DNA of 64,000 bases from NCBI RefSeq assembly GCF_009914755.1, contig NC_060947.1. One strand, written 5' to 3'. Source of the stretch: the human T2T-CHM13v2.0 reference genome, Homo sapiens. A program made the translations under genes and the position numbers. This document shows positions 1 through 14,378 of the stretch, piece after piece. The first letter of the stretch is position 1. Each line of letters starts with the position of its first letter. Under the pieces are notes generated by a model that had not been told where the DNA came from, did not search any database, and saw only the letters and a list, made by a program, of their open reading frames with translations.

Positions 1-169
1 TTAAAGCAGAATAGAAATAGAGTGAAAAAGGAAATATACAAAGAAATACACACAGCACAGTATTGTCACTGAGATTTGTAAGTTGTTTGTTACTACAACT
101 TTATTTAGTCTTGCTTTACTTACATATGCAATAATGAAACAATAACAAAGTTACCCAGGTCAACCCCAT

Positions 170-296
170 CATATAGAATACAACCTCCATGAGAGCAGGG
201 ATTTTTTGTCTATATTGTTCATTGCTGCATTCCCGGTGCCTAAAACAGTGTGTGGAATAGTATAGGTTCTCAATAAATTTTTATAAATTAATTTGT
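170..296 (+). mobile_element. L2 LINE 3' end
   Basis: ctccatgagagcagggat...gtgcctaaaacagtgtgtggaatagtataggttctcaataaat matches the L2 terminal consensus. Confidence 0.8.
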
Positions 297-391
297 CGAA
301 TTAATTTAACATGGATCATAAATTAAGGTCAACATCAGTGGAAAATAAAGAAATATAACTTCTCGTTATTTGAAATAATGACACTGAACAG

Positions 392-486
392 AGCTCCAAC
401 CTTTGGAAACACTCTTCAGTCTACATTCTCCACTATTTGGACCTTTGTTTCTGCATCACAAATATACATGCTTGTGTTTGCTAGTT
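392..486 (+). pseudogene. Pseudo-exon (phase 0->2): SSNLWKHSSVYILHYLDLCFCITNIHACVC*
   Basis: cag acceptor (alternative start at 420); strong donor TT|gtaagt; one TAG. Confidence 0.45.
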
Positions 487-3020
487 GTAAGTAGAAACTG
501 AAGAAAGTCACTATTGACTTTAATGCAAAAGGAATGGATCTTAGAAAATTAAACATCCAAAGTGACATCAGCAAGATGAATAGGAAGTCCCAGTTTTCTT
601 CCACCCACAAAACACCAATTTAGTTATGATACACGAACCAAACTACCTTTATGAGAGGTCCAGAATCCAGTTAAGAGGTTGTAGTACCTCAGATGAGCAC
701 AACACTGAGAACAGCCAATACTGAAATGGATAAGAAGAGCAACTTCAATGTACCAACCTTAGTAATTCCCCCAATATTGCACAGCTCAGTACCATGAGCG
801 AGCACCTTGGCTTACAACTTTCTTCTTAGGTGGAATGAGATTATGTCTAATGTTTCCGGATTTTTGGGTGAACTGCCTGAAGAACCAGTTTCTGTCTTTT
901 CCTGTCTTTCCTCATCCGGAGCACTGGCAGAGCTGGCATAGTTCATATGTCTTGGGGCACTTAAGAACAAAGAAGAGTGTCAGACAGCTTGCTGAAGCTG
1001 GTACAGCTCTGCAAGATTGAGACAAGGTGCAGAATCTGTGGCAACTCTCCCAGAAAGAAGGAGAAATGGAGTATGCTTCCGGTATCTCAACCTATGGTAT
1101 AGCAGTAAGACAGCAAAGAGCCCAAAAGATTTCAGGCCTCTGAAAGAAAATCAACCAATAAATCCCTTTTAGTAGAAATCTACAGACAAAAATCCAAAGA
1201 AGACATCTGTAGAAAAGGTTTGAGAAGCTACCAGAATCTCTAGCCAAGCTAACTGGTAAAGGCCTTTCTCTGTCAAAGCCAGTCCGTAAGAATGGAGAGA
1301 TGTGACTCTTTCATCAAATATGAAGATACCAACACAAAGCTACAAGAAACATAATTAGGAAAAAATGACCCAATCTGTGAATTTTTAAAAATCTCATGTA
1401 AACAATCCCAAAATGATGGAGAACAGTAAATTACCTGGCAAGTAATTAAAAATAATTAACTGAAAAAACTCCATAACATACAAATAAACACAGATAGACA
1501 ACTAAAGTAAATCAGAAAAATGACATATGAACAAAAGTAGAATATTAAGAAAGAGAAATTATTAAAAAATAGAAATTCTGAAGCTGAATCATAAAAACCT
1601 GAACTATAAATTTCACTAGATGGCATCGACAACAGATTTCGATCTAGCAGAAGAAAAAGCAGTAGGCTTAAAAATAGGTTATTTGAAATTATTCAGTCTG
1701 AGAAGCAAAAAGAAAAAAAAGACTTTGAAAAAGTGAGGAAATCATACTGGACTTACAAGACACCATCAAGCTAACCAGTAGATGCATTATGGAAACCTCA
1801 GTAAAAGAAGAAAAGGAAGAATGATTATTTAAAGAAATAATAACCAAAATGTTTAGAAATCTGAGGCGGTAAATGAACATTCAGATTTATGAGGCCATAT
1901 AAATTCCAAGTAAGATGAATCCAAATAATTCTACACCAAGATCTATTATAATCAAGTTGTCAAAATTCAAAGAAAAAGAGATAATGTTGAAAGCAATAAG
2001 AGAAAAGCAACTTGTCATGTAAAAGTACCTCATAAAAGTATTAATGGTTTCTCAGCAGAAAGCTTGCAGGCCAAGGGCAAGTGGTGTGATATATTCAAAG
2101 TGCAGAAAGGGGAAGAAAAACCTGCCAACCAAGGATGTTATGCCTGACAAAAATGTCCTTTAAAAATGGAAACATAAAGACTTTGCCAGACAAAGAATAC
2201 CTGAGTTAGCTCATTAGTACTAAAATTTTCCTTACAAGAAAGGCTAAGGAGAGTTCTTCAAGTTGAAATGAAAGAATGCTAAACAGCTGCACAAAAGCAA
2301 ATGACAGTATAAAACTCATCAGAATATGTATATAGATAAATATATAATAATGTAATACAGTAATTGTAGAGTGTAAATCGCTTTTAACTCATAAAATTTA
2401 AAGACAAATGTATTAAAAATAAATAAAACTACGAACATGTCGATGTATATAAAATATAAAATGATGCAAATTATAAAATCAATAATGTAAAGGGTTGGGG
2501 TGAGTAAGTATATAGAGTTTTTATTTGTATGTGATTGATTTTAAGTTGTTATCAAGTTAAAATAGACTTTTATAACTGTAAGATGTTTTGTGTGAGCCTC
2601 ATTCATGTTGAACACAAAGAAAATATCTATAGTAGATATACGCAAAAAAAATCCCAAAAAGGAATCAAAACATATCACTATAAAAATCAATGAATCACAA
2701 TGTAATATAATAAAAGAGGACTACAGAACAGACAAAAACCCATGAACAAAGTGACAGTCATTCTTTTCTGATCAATAACTACTTTAAATGTAAGTGGATT
2801 ACATTCTCTAACCAAAGACATAAAGGGGCTAAATTGATTTTTTTTAAATCCAAATATATACTGTCTATTACAAAATCATTTTGGATTTAAGCACACAAAT
2901 AGGCTGAATATGAAGGGATGGAGAAAGCTATCCCATGCAAATGGTAATCAAAAAGAGTAAGGCTGGCTCTATTTATATCTGAAAAACTACCCTTTGAGTC
3001 AAAAACTATCATAATAAAGG

Positions 3021-3345
<325 letters not shown>

Positions 3346-6076
3346 CTATGTATAAGAATGCATATAATTATACATAAGAATACATATAAAAGACAAAATA
3401 ATGCATATAATGATAAAAATATAAATTTAAGAGGAAGACATAATAAATATATATGCAGCCAACATCAGAAGACATAAAAATAAATATAGCAAATATTGAT
3501 AGGACTAAAGGGAAGAATATACAGAAATACAATAATGGTAAGAGACTCCAATATTCCACTTTCAGTAATGACTAGAACATCCAGACAGAAAGTCAATAAA
3601 AACAGTTACTTGAACACTACAGACCAAATAGAGCTAAGAGACATATACAAAACAATCTATTCAATTTACATAGGTCAAAAAACAAGTCATAACAAATTTA
3701 AGAAGATGGAAAGCACATGAAGTATTTTTTCTGACCACAATAGAATGAATCTAGAAATCAATTACAGAAGCAAAACTGGAAAATTCAAAAATATGTGGAA
3801 ACTAAAACATACTCTTGTACAACCAACCAGTCAAGGGGGAAATCAAAAGGGAAATTGGAAAATATCTTGAGATAAATTAAAATAGATTTACAATACGTCA
3901 AGTCATATGGGATGCAGCAAAAGCAGTATTAAGAAGGGATTTTACAGCAATGAAGGCCTGCATTACAAAGGAAGAGTTTCAGTTGAACATCTTAACTTTA
4001 CACCTCAAGAAACTAGAAAAAGAAGAACATATTAAGCCTAAAGTTGTCAGAGGAAAAACAAGTAATGACTAAAGGAGAAATAAATGAAATGAGAATAGAA
4101 AAACAACAGAAAAAATTAAAATAACAGTTGATATTTTTAAAAGACCAGGAAAGTTGAAAAAAAGAAAATTGACAAACCTTAAGCTAGATTAACTAAAACA
4201 GGGAAGATACAAATAAATAAAATAAAAAATTAGATACAAGACATTACAAATGATACCACTGAAATAAAAATGATGAGAAGATACTGCTATCAATCATTAT
4301 ATGCCAAAAATTGGATAACTGAGGAGAAATGGATAACTTCCTAGAAACAGACAACCCACCAAGACCGAGTCATGAAGAAATATTATATCTGAGCCATCAA
4401 AAATGAGTAATGAGCTGATGTATTAATAACATTTTTATTATTATTTTCTACTATAAAACCCAGGACAAGATGGCTTCACTGGTAAATTCCACCAAATACT
4501 TGAAGAATAATTAACACTAATTCTTCTCAAACTCTTCTAAAAAATGAAAGGAGATAGTTTTCACACTCATTTTTTGAGGTCAGCATTACCATGATACCAA
4601 AGCAACACAATGATACTACAAAAATAAAAATTACAGCCCAAGACCCCTGATGAACATAGATGCCAAATATTCAACAAAATACTAGCAAACTGAAATTAAA
4701 AGCACATTAAAAGGACCATATATCATGATCAAGTGGAATTTCTCCCTGGGATGCAAGACTTCTCAAAACACACAAATCAAAAAATGTGATATACCATATT
4801 AACAAAATGAAGGATGAAAATCATATGATCATATCAATAGATGCAGAAAAAGCATTTGACAAAATTCAACAGCATTTCATAATAAAAATCCTCAGGAAAC
4901 TAGGTTTAAATAGAATTTAACTCAACATAATGGAAGGAATATATGACAAGCTCATAGATACATCATTTTCAGTGGTGAAAAGCTGAAAGCTTTTCCTCTA
5001 AGGTCAGGCACTAAAGCAGGATGTCCACACTTGCCACTTTTATTTAATATAGTATTGGGAGTCCTGGCCAAAATAATTAAGGAAGAAAAAAAAATAAAAG
5101 GCATCCAAATTGGAAAGATGTAAGATTATTTTTGTTGGTAGATGACATGACATTTCTATACGTAGAAAAGCTCTAAAGATGCCAAATAAACTGTTAAAGA
5201 ATTCAGTAACTTTGCAGGATACAAAATCAACCTACAGAAATCAGTTGCTTTTCTATACATTAACAATAAACTATTCAATAAAGAAAGTAAGAAAATAATC
5301 TCACACACAATAGCATCCAAAATAACAAAATACTTAGCAATAAACTTAACCAAGGAGGTAAAAGACTCATACACTGAAAACTATAAAACATTGATTAAAG
5401 TAATTAAAGAAGACATAAATAAATGAAAGATATCCCGGGTTCCTGGATTGGAAGCCTTAATATTTTTTAAACCACTATGCTACTGGCATAAAAACATATA
5501 TATACACCAATAGAATATAATAAAGATCCTAGAAATAAATCCACACCTATATAGTCAACAGATCTTTGACAAGGATGCCAAGGATACACAATGAAGAAAG
5601 GATTGGTTCTTCAACAAACTGTGCTGGGAAAATTAGATAGCCATATGCCAAAAAAGTTACTGGAGTGTAATATTATATCATACACAAAAGTAAACTCAAA
5701 AGGGATTAAAAACTTAAGCATAGGACCAGAGATTATTAAACTCCTAGAAGAAAACAAAGGGGAAAAACTTAGTGCCATTGGTCTTACATGATATCAAAAG
5801 CAGAGGTAATAAACATATATATAGACAAGTGGGAATACATCAAACTAAAAAGTTTCTGCACAGCAAAGGAAACAATCATTAGTGATGTGAACAATGTATG
5901 CTACAGAATGAAAGAAAATATTTGCAAATTATAGTTGATAAGTGGTGAATATCCCAAATATATAAGGAACTCCTACAACTCAATAGCAAAAAAAAGAAAA
6001 AACAATTAAAAATGAGTGAAGTATTTGAATAGACAATTTTCTGAAAAAGACATACAAATAGACAACAAGTATATTA

Positions 6077-6438
<362 letters not shown>

Positions 6439-7344
6439 TCACTTCACAACTGTTAGAATGACTAGTATGAAAAAACAAAAGATAAGCTTTGGAGAGGATA
6501 TAGAGATATTGGAATACTTGTACTCTGTTGGTGGGATTGTAAAATGGTACAGCCACTATAGAAAGCAATATGAAGGTTCATTTCTAAAAGTTTAAAATAT
6601 AACTATAATACTACTTGTGGATATCTACTCAAAAGATTTGAAATCAGTATGTCAATGAGGTTTCTACACTCCCATGCTCATTGAAGCATTATTCCTAATA
6701 AAGAAGATATGGAAGTAACCTAAATGTTCATCAATGAGTGAATGGATCAACAAAATGTGTTATTACACTATTGAACATTATTTACTTTCTATGGAGAACA
6801 AAATACTCCCATATTGACTGAATACGGATGAACCTTGAAGACATTACGCTATGTGCAATAAGCCAGTCTCAGAAGGACAAGTATTGCATGATTTCACTTA
6901 AATGAGGTATCTAAAATAGTCAAACTCATAGAAACAGAGAGTAAAATTGTTGCTGCCAGCACCTGACTGTTCAATGTGTCTGTTTCAGTAAGTTTCAGAG
7001 ATCTGTTCAGAAAACCCTGTGCCTATAGTTTAACAATACTGTATTGTACACTTAAAAATTTGGTAAAAGGGTAGATCTCATGTTACGTGTTCTTACCACA
7101 GTGAAAAAAATAAAATAAAAATACTTTCCGTAGGTTCTATCACATGCAATGGATGAGAAAAATACAATAAATTGCTATATATTTAAATAGAAGTGAAAAT
7201 TGTTATAATTTATCATTATATATTGCCAACCTAAAATAACAGAAAACCAACTGGAAGGTTTTCACAATCTACTAAAAGATTTTGGTGTAATGACTATATG
7301 CAAGGAAAACTTTGAATAATTAATAACTATAGCTGACTAAAGCC

Positions 7345-7555
7345 ATTCTGTCCAATATGGTATCAGCTAGCCACATGTAACTATTAATCACTCAGTATGT
7401 GGCTACTCACAGTTAAGATGTGTTCTGACATAAATACTGGATTTTTAAGTTTTAGTAGGAAAAATAATGTAAAATCCCTTATTAATGGTATTTATAAACT
7501 ACATGTTGAAAATGTCAATATTTTGATATATTGTGTGAAATAAAATTTGTTATGA
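7345..7555. mobile_element. hAT-Charlie MITE, MER33-like (partial)
   Basis: ctgtccaatatggtatcagctagccacatgt...tacatgttgaaaatg. Confidence 0.7.
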
Positions 7556-7606
7556 ACAATCTAGAAAAAAGAAGATCAAATATTTAATATAATTATGTGT
7601 CCTTAG

Positions 7607-7689
7607 AATGAGTATGAAGGGGGTCCTTGATGTTTACTGTATACAGGTGATTTTGCCAAGTTCTTCCTCAGGGCTTCCTGGATACCTTG
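7607..7689 (+). pseudogene. Pseudo-exon (phase 2->1): MSMKGVLDVYCIQVILPSSSSGLPGYL
   Basis: tgtccttag acceptor, G|gtaatt donor, open in the frame linking its neighbours. Confidence 0.5.
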
Positions 7690-7715
7690 GTAATTCTGGT
7701 CTGTAGTTTGGGTGA

Positions 7716-7734
7716 CAACCACTAGAGGGCAATC
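7716..7734 (+). promoter_or_regulatory. CTCF-motif match
   Basis: CCACTAGAGGGCA (7719-7731) fits the CCASYAGRKGGCR core; motif only, no binding data. Confidence 0.5.
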
Positions 7735-7942
7735 ATATCCTCTAAAGCACAGTTTTCTTTTAAATACAACTGTTTCTGTATGGAGACACAGATATAAAAT
7801 TAATCTGCAGAAATAATTGAGTAGACCCACATTTTTTAGTTCAATAACATAAAATGAGGGTTGTTAGGCACCTCGAAGATATTCTATGTTCCATACACAT
7901 GCTAGATGCCTGGTCTTTTATTTATTAATCTTCCTACCTCAG

Positions 7943-8055
7943 AACAAATGACAAATCCAGAATACCTTTTGTTACTGGCCAGAGATTGCAAAAGTAAACT
8001 TGATGTTGTAATATTTGTTAAAATTCAGTTGCAGTATAAAGATTAATCTCTTCAG
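7943..8055 (+). pseudogene. Pseudo-exon (phase 1->0): QMTNPEYLLLLARDCKSKLDVVIFVKIQLQYKD*SLQ
   Basis: Long pyrimidine-rich tract + cag; CAG|gtatat donor; single TAA. Confidence 0.55.
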
Positions 8056-8799
8056 GTATATATTCCTGTTATTGCTGAGGGCTTAATTTGTGTTTGGCTT
8101 CTTAAGTATTACCGAAAGAGCATCTTGGGCTATTCTAGTCTCAGTAGTCATAGATCCTATTTTCCCTTTGGAGTTTATACCACCAAGGGACTCATGTCTC
8201 CTTCTTAAATTCAAACTGGGTTTTTCATGCCGGTCAAGTTGGAGTAAAGCCAACTACAGCTTTTCTCTCCCTCTGATTACTAATAAGAAATACGGATTAC
8301 ATATAAAAAGCAACTATCTGAGGACTTTGAAAATTAAAGAATAATAGGGTGTTTGAAGAGAGAAGTTAAAATGTGAAGGACAAGTACTGTGATGCTTTTC
8401 TTGTTTGTTTGTTTGTTTGTGTGTGTGTTGCTTTTCTCCTTGATCCCCTAGCTTTGATCCAAGTTGCAGAAATCCACAGACAGAAAACTCCTATAGACAG
8501 CTCCTCTTTGTGGCTCAAGGACCAAGGAAAAGGCCCCCTTGACAACTGAGAAGTAGAGAAGAATCTCCCTCCCTCCTTTCCTCCCTTTCTTTCTTTTTTT
8601 TCCTTCGACATTATTAAGATGTAGAAAAGATTTTCTTCCAAAGGTGCAGCATGAGGGAATTTGGGGAGGGTGGGTGATGAAATTGTGGTTGTAGTTAGGG
8701 GCTCTATGCATTGATCAAAACTCAGAAACCAAAAAGTGAAGTTTACTGTATGTAACTTAGAAACTCAATTACTAAAATATCAAACTGTCCCTAGATGGC

Positions 8800-8930
8800 A
8801 TGTTGTTTTGAATGGAACATAAGATTTTGAATTGGGAAGTCATAGGTTCAAGTCTAGTTCTGCTACTTACTAGTTTTTGAATTTTGCATAAATCACTTAA
8901 CCTCCTTGATCCTCAGTTTCCAATCCTGTA
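8800..8930 (+). mobile_element. MIR
   Basis: aatcacttaacctccttgatcctcagtttcc MIR core. Confidence 0.75.
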
Positions 8931-9282
8931 CCTGATTACATAAGAGTACATATACAAAGAATATATTCCTCTCTCTCTCTCTTTCTCTCTCCATCACAAA
9001 GAGAGAAGGAATTCTGCTGCATAGAAGATTAGAAAATCAATCTTTTTCTCTAACCATAACTTTCTCCAATCAGACTTGGCCAACCCTACTAGCTTCTACA
9101 TCTACCTATTACACAATAGTGACAGAAAATATAGGGGTCCTCAGATCTTCCTCAACCTGCTATGAATATGGCTATTAAATTAAGAACTTAATAGATCTCT
9201 TGCTCCTTTTTGATCTCAAAGTGTCTTTTGGAGCTAAATTTGCAAAGAAAAGGCCCTCATTAAAAAAACTAAGTAAATTTAA

Positions 9283-9574
9283 GGCCAGGCACAGTGGCTC
9301 ACGCCTGTAGTCCCAACACTTTGGGAGGCCAAGGCGGGCAGATCACTTGAGGCGAAGAGTTTGAGACCAGCCTGGTCAACATGGAGAAATCCTGTCTCTA
9401 CTAAAAGTACAATAATTAGCCAGACATCGTGGTGTGTGCCTGTAGCCCCAACTACTCAGGAGGCTGAGGCAGGAGAATTGCATGAACTTGGGAGGCAGAG
9501 GTCACAGTGAGCCGAGATTGTGCCACTGCACTCCAGCCTGGGTAATAGAGTGAGACCTTATCTTAAAAAAAAAA
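9283..9574 (+). mobile_element. AluS (first of a tandem pair)
   Basis: Full dimer; outer TSD ctaagtaaatttaa flanks the whole pair. Confidence 0.95.
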
Positions 9575-9579
9575 GAGGA

Positions 9580-9879
9580 GGCCGGGCACGGTGGCTCATG
9601 CCTGTAATCCCAGCACTTTGGGAGGCTGAGGCGGGTGGATCACAAGGTCAGGAGATCAAGCACATCCTGGCTAACACGGTGAAACCCCATCTCTACTAAA
9701 AAATACAAAAAATCAACCAGGCGTGGTGGCGGGCGCCTGTAGTCCCAGCTACTCAGGAGGCTGAGGCAGTAGGATGGTGTGAACCCAGAAGGCGGAGCTT
9801 GCAGTGAGCCGAGATCGCACCACTACACTCCAGCCTGGGCGACAGAGCAAGACTCCATCTCAGAAAAAAGGAAAAAAAA
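9580..9879 (+). mobile_element. AluY inserted in the tail of the preceding Alu
   Basis: AluY-type catcctggctaacacggtgaaacc and ggcggagcttgcagtgagccgagatcgc. Confidence 0.9.
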
Positions 9880-10273
9880 TCTAAGTAAATTTAATATTAA
9901 TATGTGGCTTACACATGTAAGTTTGTGTGAGTAATGAAAGGCTATATAATGCTACACTGACTATATAAAACAACAGATTTATTGTATGCCCTGATAATTG
10001 ATGATATAATATCATATCATATACTACAAATAACTAACATATTAGAATAAACCAAACATTTAAATGGCAGCTTCTCCACACACATAGGTGGTTGGAGTTA
10101 GAAAGGACTTCAATTACTACTGGGTCAGTGCTCAAATAATCCTAAAGAGGTTTTAGTTATGTTTATTTTTTCAGTTTAATTTGACTTGCTTTTAAATGAG
10201 AAGTTTAACCTTTCACGAACAAAAGCATGAAAAACTTTGAGGGGGAGGGAAATTACAGTGTTTTAACAGACAG

Positions 10274-10399
10274 GTTCTTGCTGTATCAATGTAATTAATT
10301 GAGAAATACTTAGATCTTTGGTACACTGATTATTCAAAGATGTTTGACAGCTCTGTGCTGAAGAAAAATAAATTATATAAAGATTGTAAAAGTTCAAAG
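10274..10399 (+). pseudogene. Pseudo-exon (phase 0->0): VLAVSM*LIEKYLDLWYTDYSKMFDSSVLKKNKLYKDCKSSK
   Basis: ttttaacagacag acceptor; donor degenerate (AAG|gcatat); one TAA. Confidence 0.45.
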
Positions 10400-10607
10400 G
10401 CATATCGAAACTGCTTTTGATTCAGACACAGACAACCTTTGGTCATTGCCTTTTTCTAAACTATTCTCTAGACTTGAACACGAATAAGAATAGTTTGTGT
10501 AATTTCATCTCTTCTTTGAATTCAGAATACCACTTTGTTGTGCATAATTTTATACCAATAATTTCCGTTGCAAAACAAAAAAACATACTGTATTATTTTG
10601 ATCCAAG

Positions 10608-10686
10608 AAAATATCCATTAGCTTTCTCCTATTCAGTAATTATGGAATGATGCATTTTCTATGAAATAACATATTGTCTGAGGAAG
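10608..10686 (+). pseudogene. Pseudo-exon (phase 0->1): KISISFLLFSNYGMMHFL*NNILSEE
   Basis: ttattttgatccaag acceptor, AAG|gtactc donor, one TGA. Confidence 0.45.
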
Positions 10687-10926
10687 GTACTCACGGGCAA
10701 AGAGAGACTCCAGAGGGGAATCACAGCCCAATATGCATATTCTAACCCTTTCTGGAATGCTGAATTTAAGCTGTCACTGTAAAACAATGATATCACTTTT
10801 TTTCTTCATTCTGCCCAGGAAAATATTCTGTGGTTGGCACTTGATTTAATTTCATAATTCTAAAACTATCTTATAAAAGTTGAAGAGCTAATTGAAGGGA
10901 ATTCCTTCAGAGTTGACTATATGAAT

Positions 10927-13229
10927 TAATATCATTTGGCTGTGTCCCCACCCAAATCTCACCTTGAATTGTAATAATCCCCACATGTCAATGGTGGGGC
11001 CAGGTGGAGATAATTCAGTCTTGAGGGCGGTTTCCCCCATACTGTTCTCATGGTAGTGAATAAGTCATATGAGATCTGACAGTTGTATAAATGGGAATTT
11101 CCTTGCACAAGCTCTCTTGTTTGCTGCCATGTTAGATACGACTTTGCTCCTCATTTGCCTTCCTCCATGACTATAAGGCCTCTCCACCCATGTGGAACTG
11201 TGAGTCCATTAAACCTCTTTCCTTAATAAATTACCCAGTCTCAGGTATGATTTTATTAGCCGTGTGAGAACAGACTAATACAGTAAATGGGTACTGGTAG
11301 AGTGGGGTACTGCTGTAAAGATACCCAAATATGCGGAAGCGACTTTGGAACTGGGTAACAGGCAGTTACCCAGGTTGAAACAGGTTGAAACAGTTTGGAG
11401 CGCTCAGGAGAAGATAGGACAATGTGTGAAAGTTTGGAATTTCCTAGAGACTTCGAGGGCTATGAAGACAGGAAGATGTGGGAACATTTGGAACTTCCTA
11501 GGGATTTGCTGAATATGGATTAGACCAAAAAGCTGATATGGATAATAAGGTCCAGGCTGACATGGTCTCACATGGAGATGAGAAACCAGTTGGAAACTGG
11601 AGCAAAGGTGAATCTTGTTGTGCTTTAGCAAAGAGACTGATGGCTTTTTGCCCCTGACCTAGAGATATGTAGAACTTTGAACTTGAGGAGATTTGGGGTA
11701 TCTGGTAGAAGAAATTTCTAACTGCCAAAGTGTTCAAGAGGAAGGAGAGCATAGAAGTTTGAAAAATTATGTGATATAAAAGAAAAACCCATTTTCTGGG
11801 GATAAATTCAAGCTGGCTACAGAGATTTGCATAAGTAACGAGGACCCAAATGTTACTCACCAAGAAAATGGGAAAAATGTCTCCAGGGCATGTCTCAGAC
11901 CTTCATGGCAGTCCCTCCCATCACAGCCCCAGAGGCCTAGGAGAGATAAATGGTTTTGTGGGCCAGGTCCAGGGCCACCCTGCTGTCTGCAGCCTCTGGC
12001 CTTGGTGCCCTGCATTCAAGCTGCTCCAGCTATGGCTAAAAGGGGCCAAGGTACAGCTCAGGCTATTGCATCAGAGGGTGCAAGCCCCAAGCCTTGGCAG
12101 CTTCCACGTTGTGTTGAGCCTGTGGGTGCACAGAAGTCAAGAATTGAGGTGTGGGAACCTCTGCCTAGATTTCAAAGAATGTAAGGAAACACCTGGATGT
12201 CCAGACAGAAGTTTGCTGCAGGGACAATGCCCTCATGGAGAACCTCTGCTAGGGCAGTGTGGAAGGGAAATGTGGGGTTGAAGCCTCCACACACAGTCCC
12301 CACTGGGGCACTACCTAGTGGAGCTGTGAGAAGATGGCCATCATCCTCCACACACCCCAGAATGGTAGATCCACTGACAGCTTGCGCCATGCACCTTGAA
12401 AAGCCACAGACAGTCAACACCAGCCTGTGAAAGTGGCTGAGATGGAGGCTGTACTTTGAAAAGCCACAGGGGTGAAGCTGCCGAAGATCACGTGAACCCA
12501 CCACTTGCATCAGCGTGACCTGGATGTGAGACATGGAGTCAAAGGAGATCATTCTGAAGCTTTAAGATTTGACTGCCCCGCTGGATCTCAGACTTGCAGG
12601 GGACCTGTAGCCCCTTTGTTCTGGCCAATTTTTCCCATTTGGAACAGGCGTATTTACCTAATGCCTGTATCTCATTGAATCTAGGAAGTAAGTAACTTGC
12701 TTTTGATTTTACAGGCTGATAGTCACAAGGGACTTGCCTTTTCTCAGATAAGACCCTGGACTGTGGACTTATGAGTCAATGCTGAAATGAGTTAAGACTT
12801 TGGGGTACTGTTGGGAATGCATGATTGGTTTTGATATGTGAGGACATGAGATTTGGGAGGGGCAGGGGTGGAATGATATGGTTTGGCTGTGTCTCCATCC
12901 AAATATCACCCTGAATTGTAATAATCCCCATGTGTCAAGGGTGGGGCCAGGTGGAGATAATTGAATCATGGGAGCAGTTTACCCCATACTGTTCTCATAG
13001 TAGTGAATAAGTCTCACAAGATCTCTTGGTTTTATAGATGGGAGATCCCCTGCAGAGGCTCTCTTGCCTGCCTCCACATAAGACATGACTTTGCTCCTTA
13101 TTGGCCTTCCACCATGATTGAGAAGCCTCCCCAGCCATGTGGAACTGTGAGTCCATTAAACCTCTTTCCTTAATAAATTATCCAGTCTCAGGTATGCCTC
13201 TATTAGCTGTGTGAGAACAGAGTAATACA
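10927..13229 (+). mobile_element. Full THE1 (THE1C-like) MaLR: LTR 10927-11282, internal 11283-12873, LTR 12874-13229
   Basis: Two homologous LTRs ending taataca, THE1 internal region between, perfect 5-bp TSD TGAAT. Confidence 0.95.
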
Positions 13230-13384
13230 TGAATGATGAGAATACTTTTCCTGCAAGGCTGTCTACAAGAACATACTGATAAGATGGTGACAAAATAGTT
13301 CAGCCACGGTGACTAGTGAAAAGAGCTGAATCAGCGAAGCTGACTATGCTATGGTCCATTTGAATGGCCAGCCTTAAGTTCTAG

Positions 13385-13560
13385 AGTAGAATCATAGACT
13401 CTTCAAGGTGGAAGGGATCATAGATGCCATCTTTAATTCAATCTTCCTTCCAATTCAGAAGTCTCTCAAATGGCTGGCTCATTGGTATCCAGCCTCTGCT
13501 TCACCACTCTTAGTAATGAGGAAACATACTGACTCAATTCTTTTTGAGGCACAGAGGTTC
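13385..13560 (-). mobile_element. L3/CR1 fragment
   Basis: agaatcatag...ggaagggatc...atccagcctctgctt = reverse of the CR1 3' end. Confidence 0.65.
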
Positions 13561-13604
13561 CATAATAATATTTGACTAACTTATACCCTAATCATTATTA
13601 CAAG

Positions 13605-13663
13605 AAAAGAACTCAATTCCCAAACCTGAATCCAGCAAGAAAGGCAGTCTGCCATTTATACAA
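13605..13663 (+). pseudogene. Pseudo-exon (phase 1->0): KNSIPKPESSKKGSLPFIQ
   Basis: Open and phase-links 10686 to 14176; both splice sites weak. Confidence 0.35.
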
Positions 13664-14175
13664 GTAGTACATTGAAAGATTAAAATGTATATGGATTTAG
13701 GAAGATGGAATAAATTATTGTAAATGAATATGGTGCTATAGTTAATGATAAAATGATGTGTGCTAAATACTTTATGTGATATTTAAATTTTACCCACATT
13801 TTGATAATGAACTAAATGTGAAGAGGTTGTGACTTAATTTTTAAATTATTCAGTTTGTATTTCTAGGGTAATTTTATTGATTATTTGCAACCGATATTTA
13901 TTGCATTCCACTAAGGCTGTGGAATATGTTGAGTACTGATTGAATGTTTATCACTGGTTATTGAGGGGAACATAATTTAAATAACTCCAAATATAATACT
14001 GCTCAAAGCTAGATGACATTCAAATTTACAAATCTTATCATACACATATATTTTGACAAACATGACTTAAACCAGGTCCATATAAAATGACCTGGCATAA
14101 GCCAAACAAAATTTTTAAATATTTGGAATGGCTTGCATGATATTTGTTTCCAGTATCTTTTTGCATACATTACAG

Positions 14176-14258
14176 TCTGAGAAGAATAATTTGAAAAGTA
14201 TGATGAGTGACGATCTCAGTAGGACAAGAAGACATATAGATGTATTGGAAGCCCCAAG
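14176..14258 (+). pseudogene. Pseudo-exon (phase 0->2): SEKNNLKSMMSDDLSRTRRHIDVLEAP
   Basis: tttttgcatacattacag acceptor, AAG|gtaaaa donor, open. Confidence 0.55.
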
Positions 14259-14378
14259 GTAAAAGTGCTGTTTAAATGACCAAGTCTCTCCCTGATGATA
14301 TGTCTATTAAAAGGGCAGAACTTCAAGACGCAACAAAAGTTTTAAGTGAAAACATAGCACTTTCGCTGGTAGGGTCTC

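Noticed and set aside
7603-7830. Minus-strand ORF ending GYDCPLVVVTQ...PSYSF as a terminal exon
   Set aside because: Weak acceptor and no partner exons on minus; it overlaps a better-supported + exon.
11404-13173. Overlapping 60-143 aa ORFs
   Set aside because: All lie inside the THE1 element.
13556-13604. Alternative acceptor gaggcacag
   Set aside because: Lies in the CR1 remnant and gives two immediate stops.
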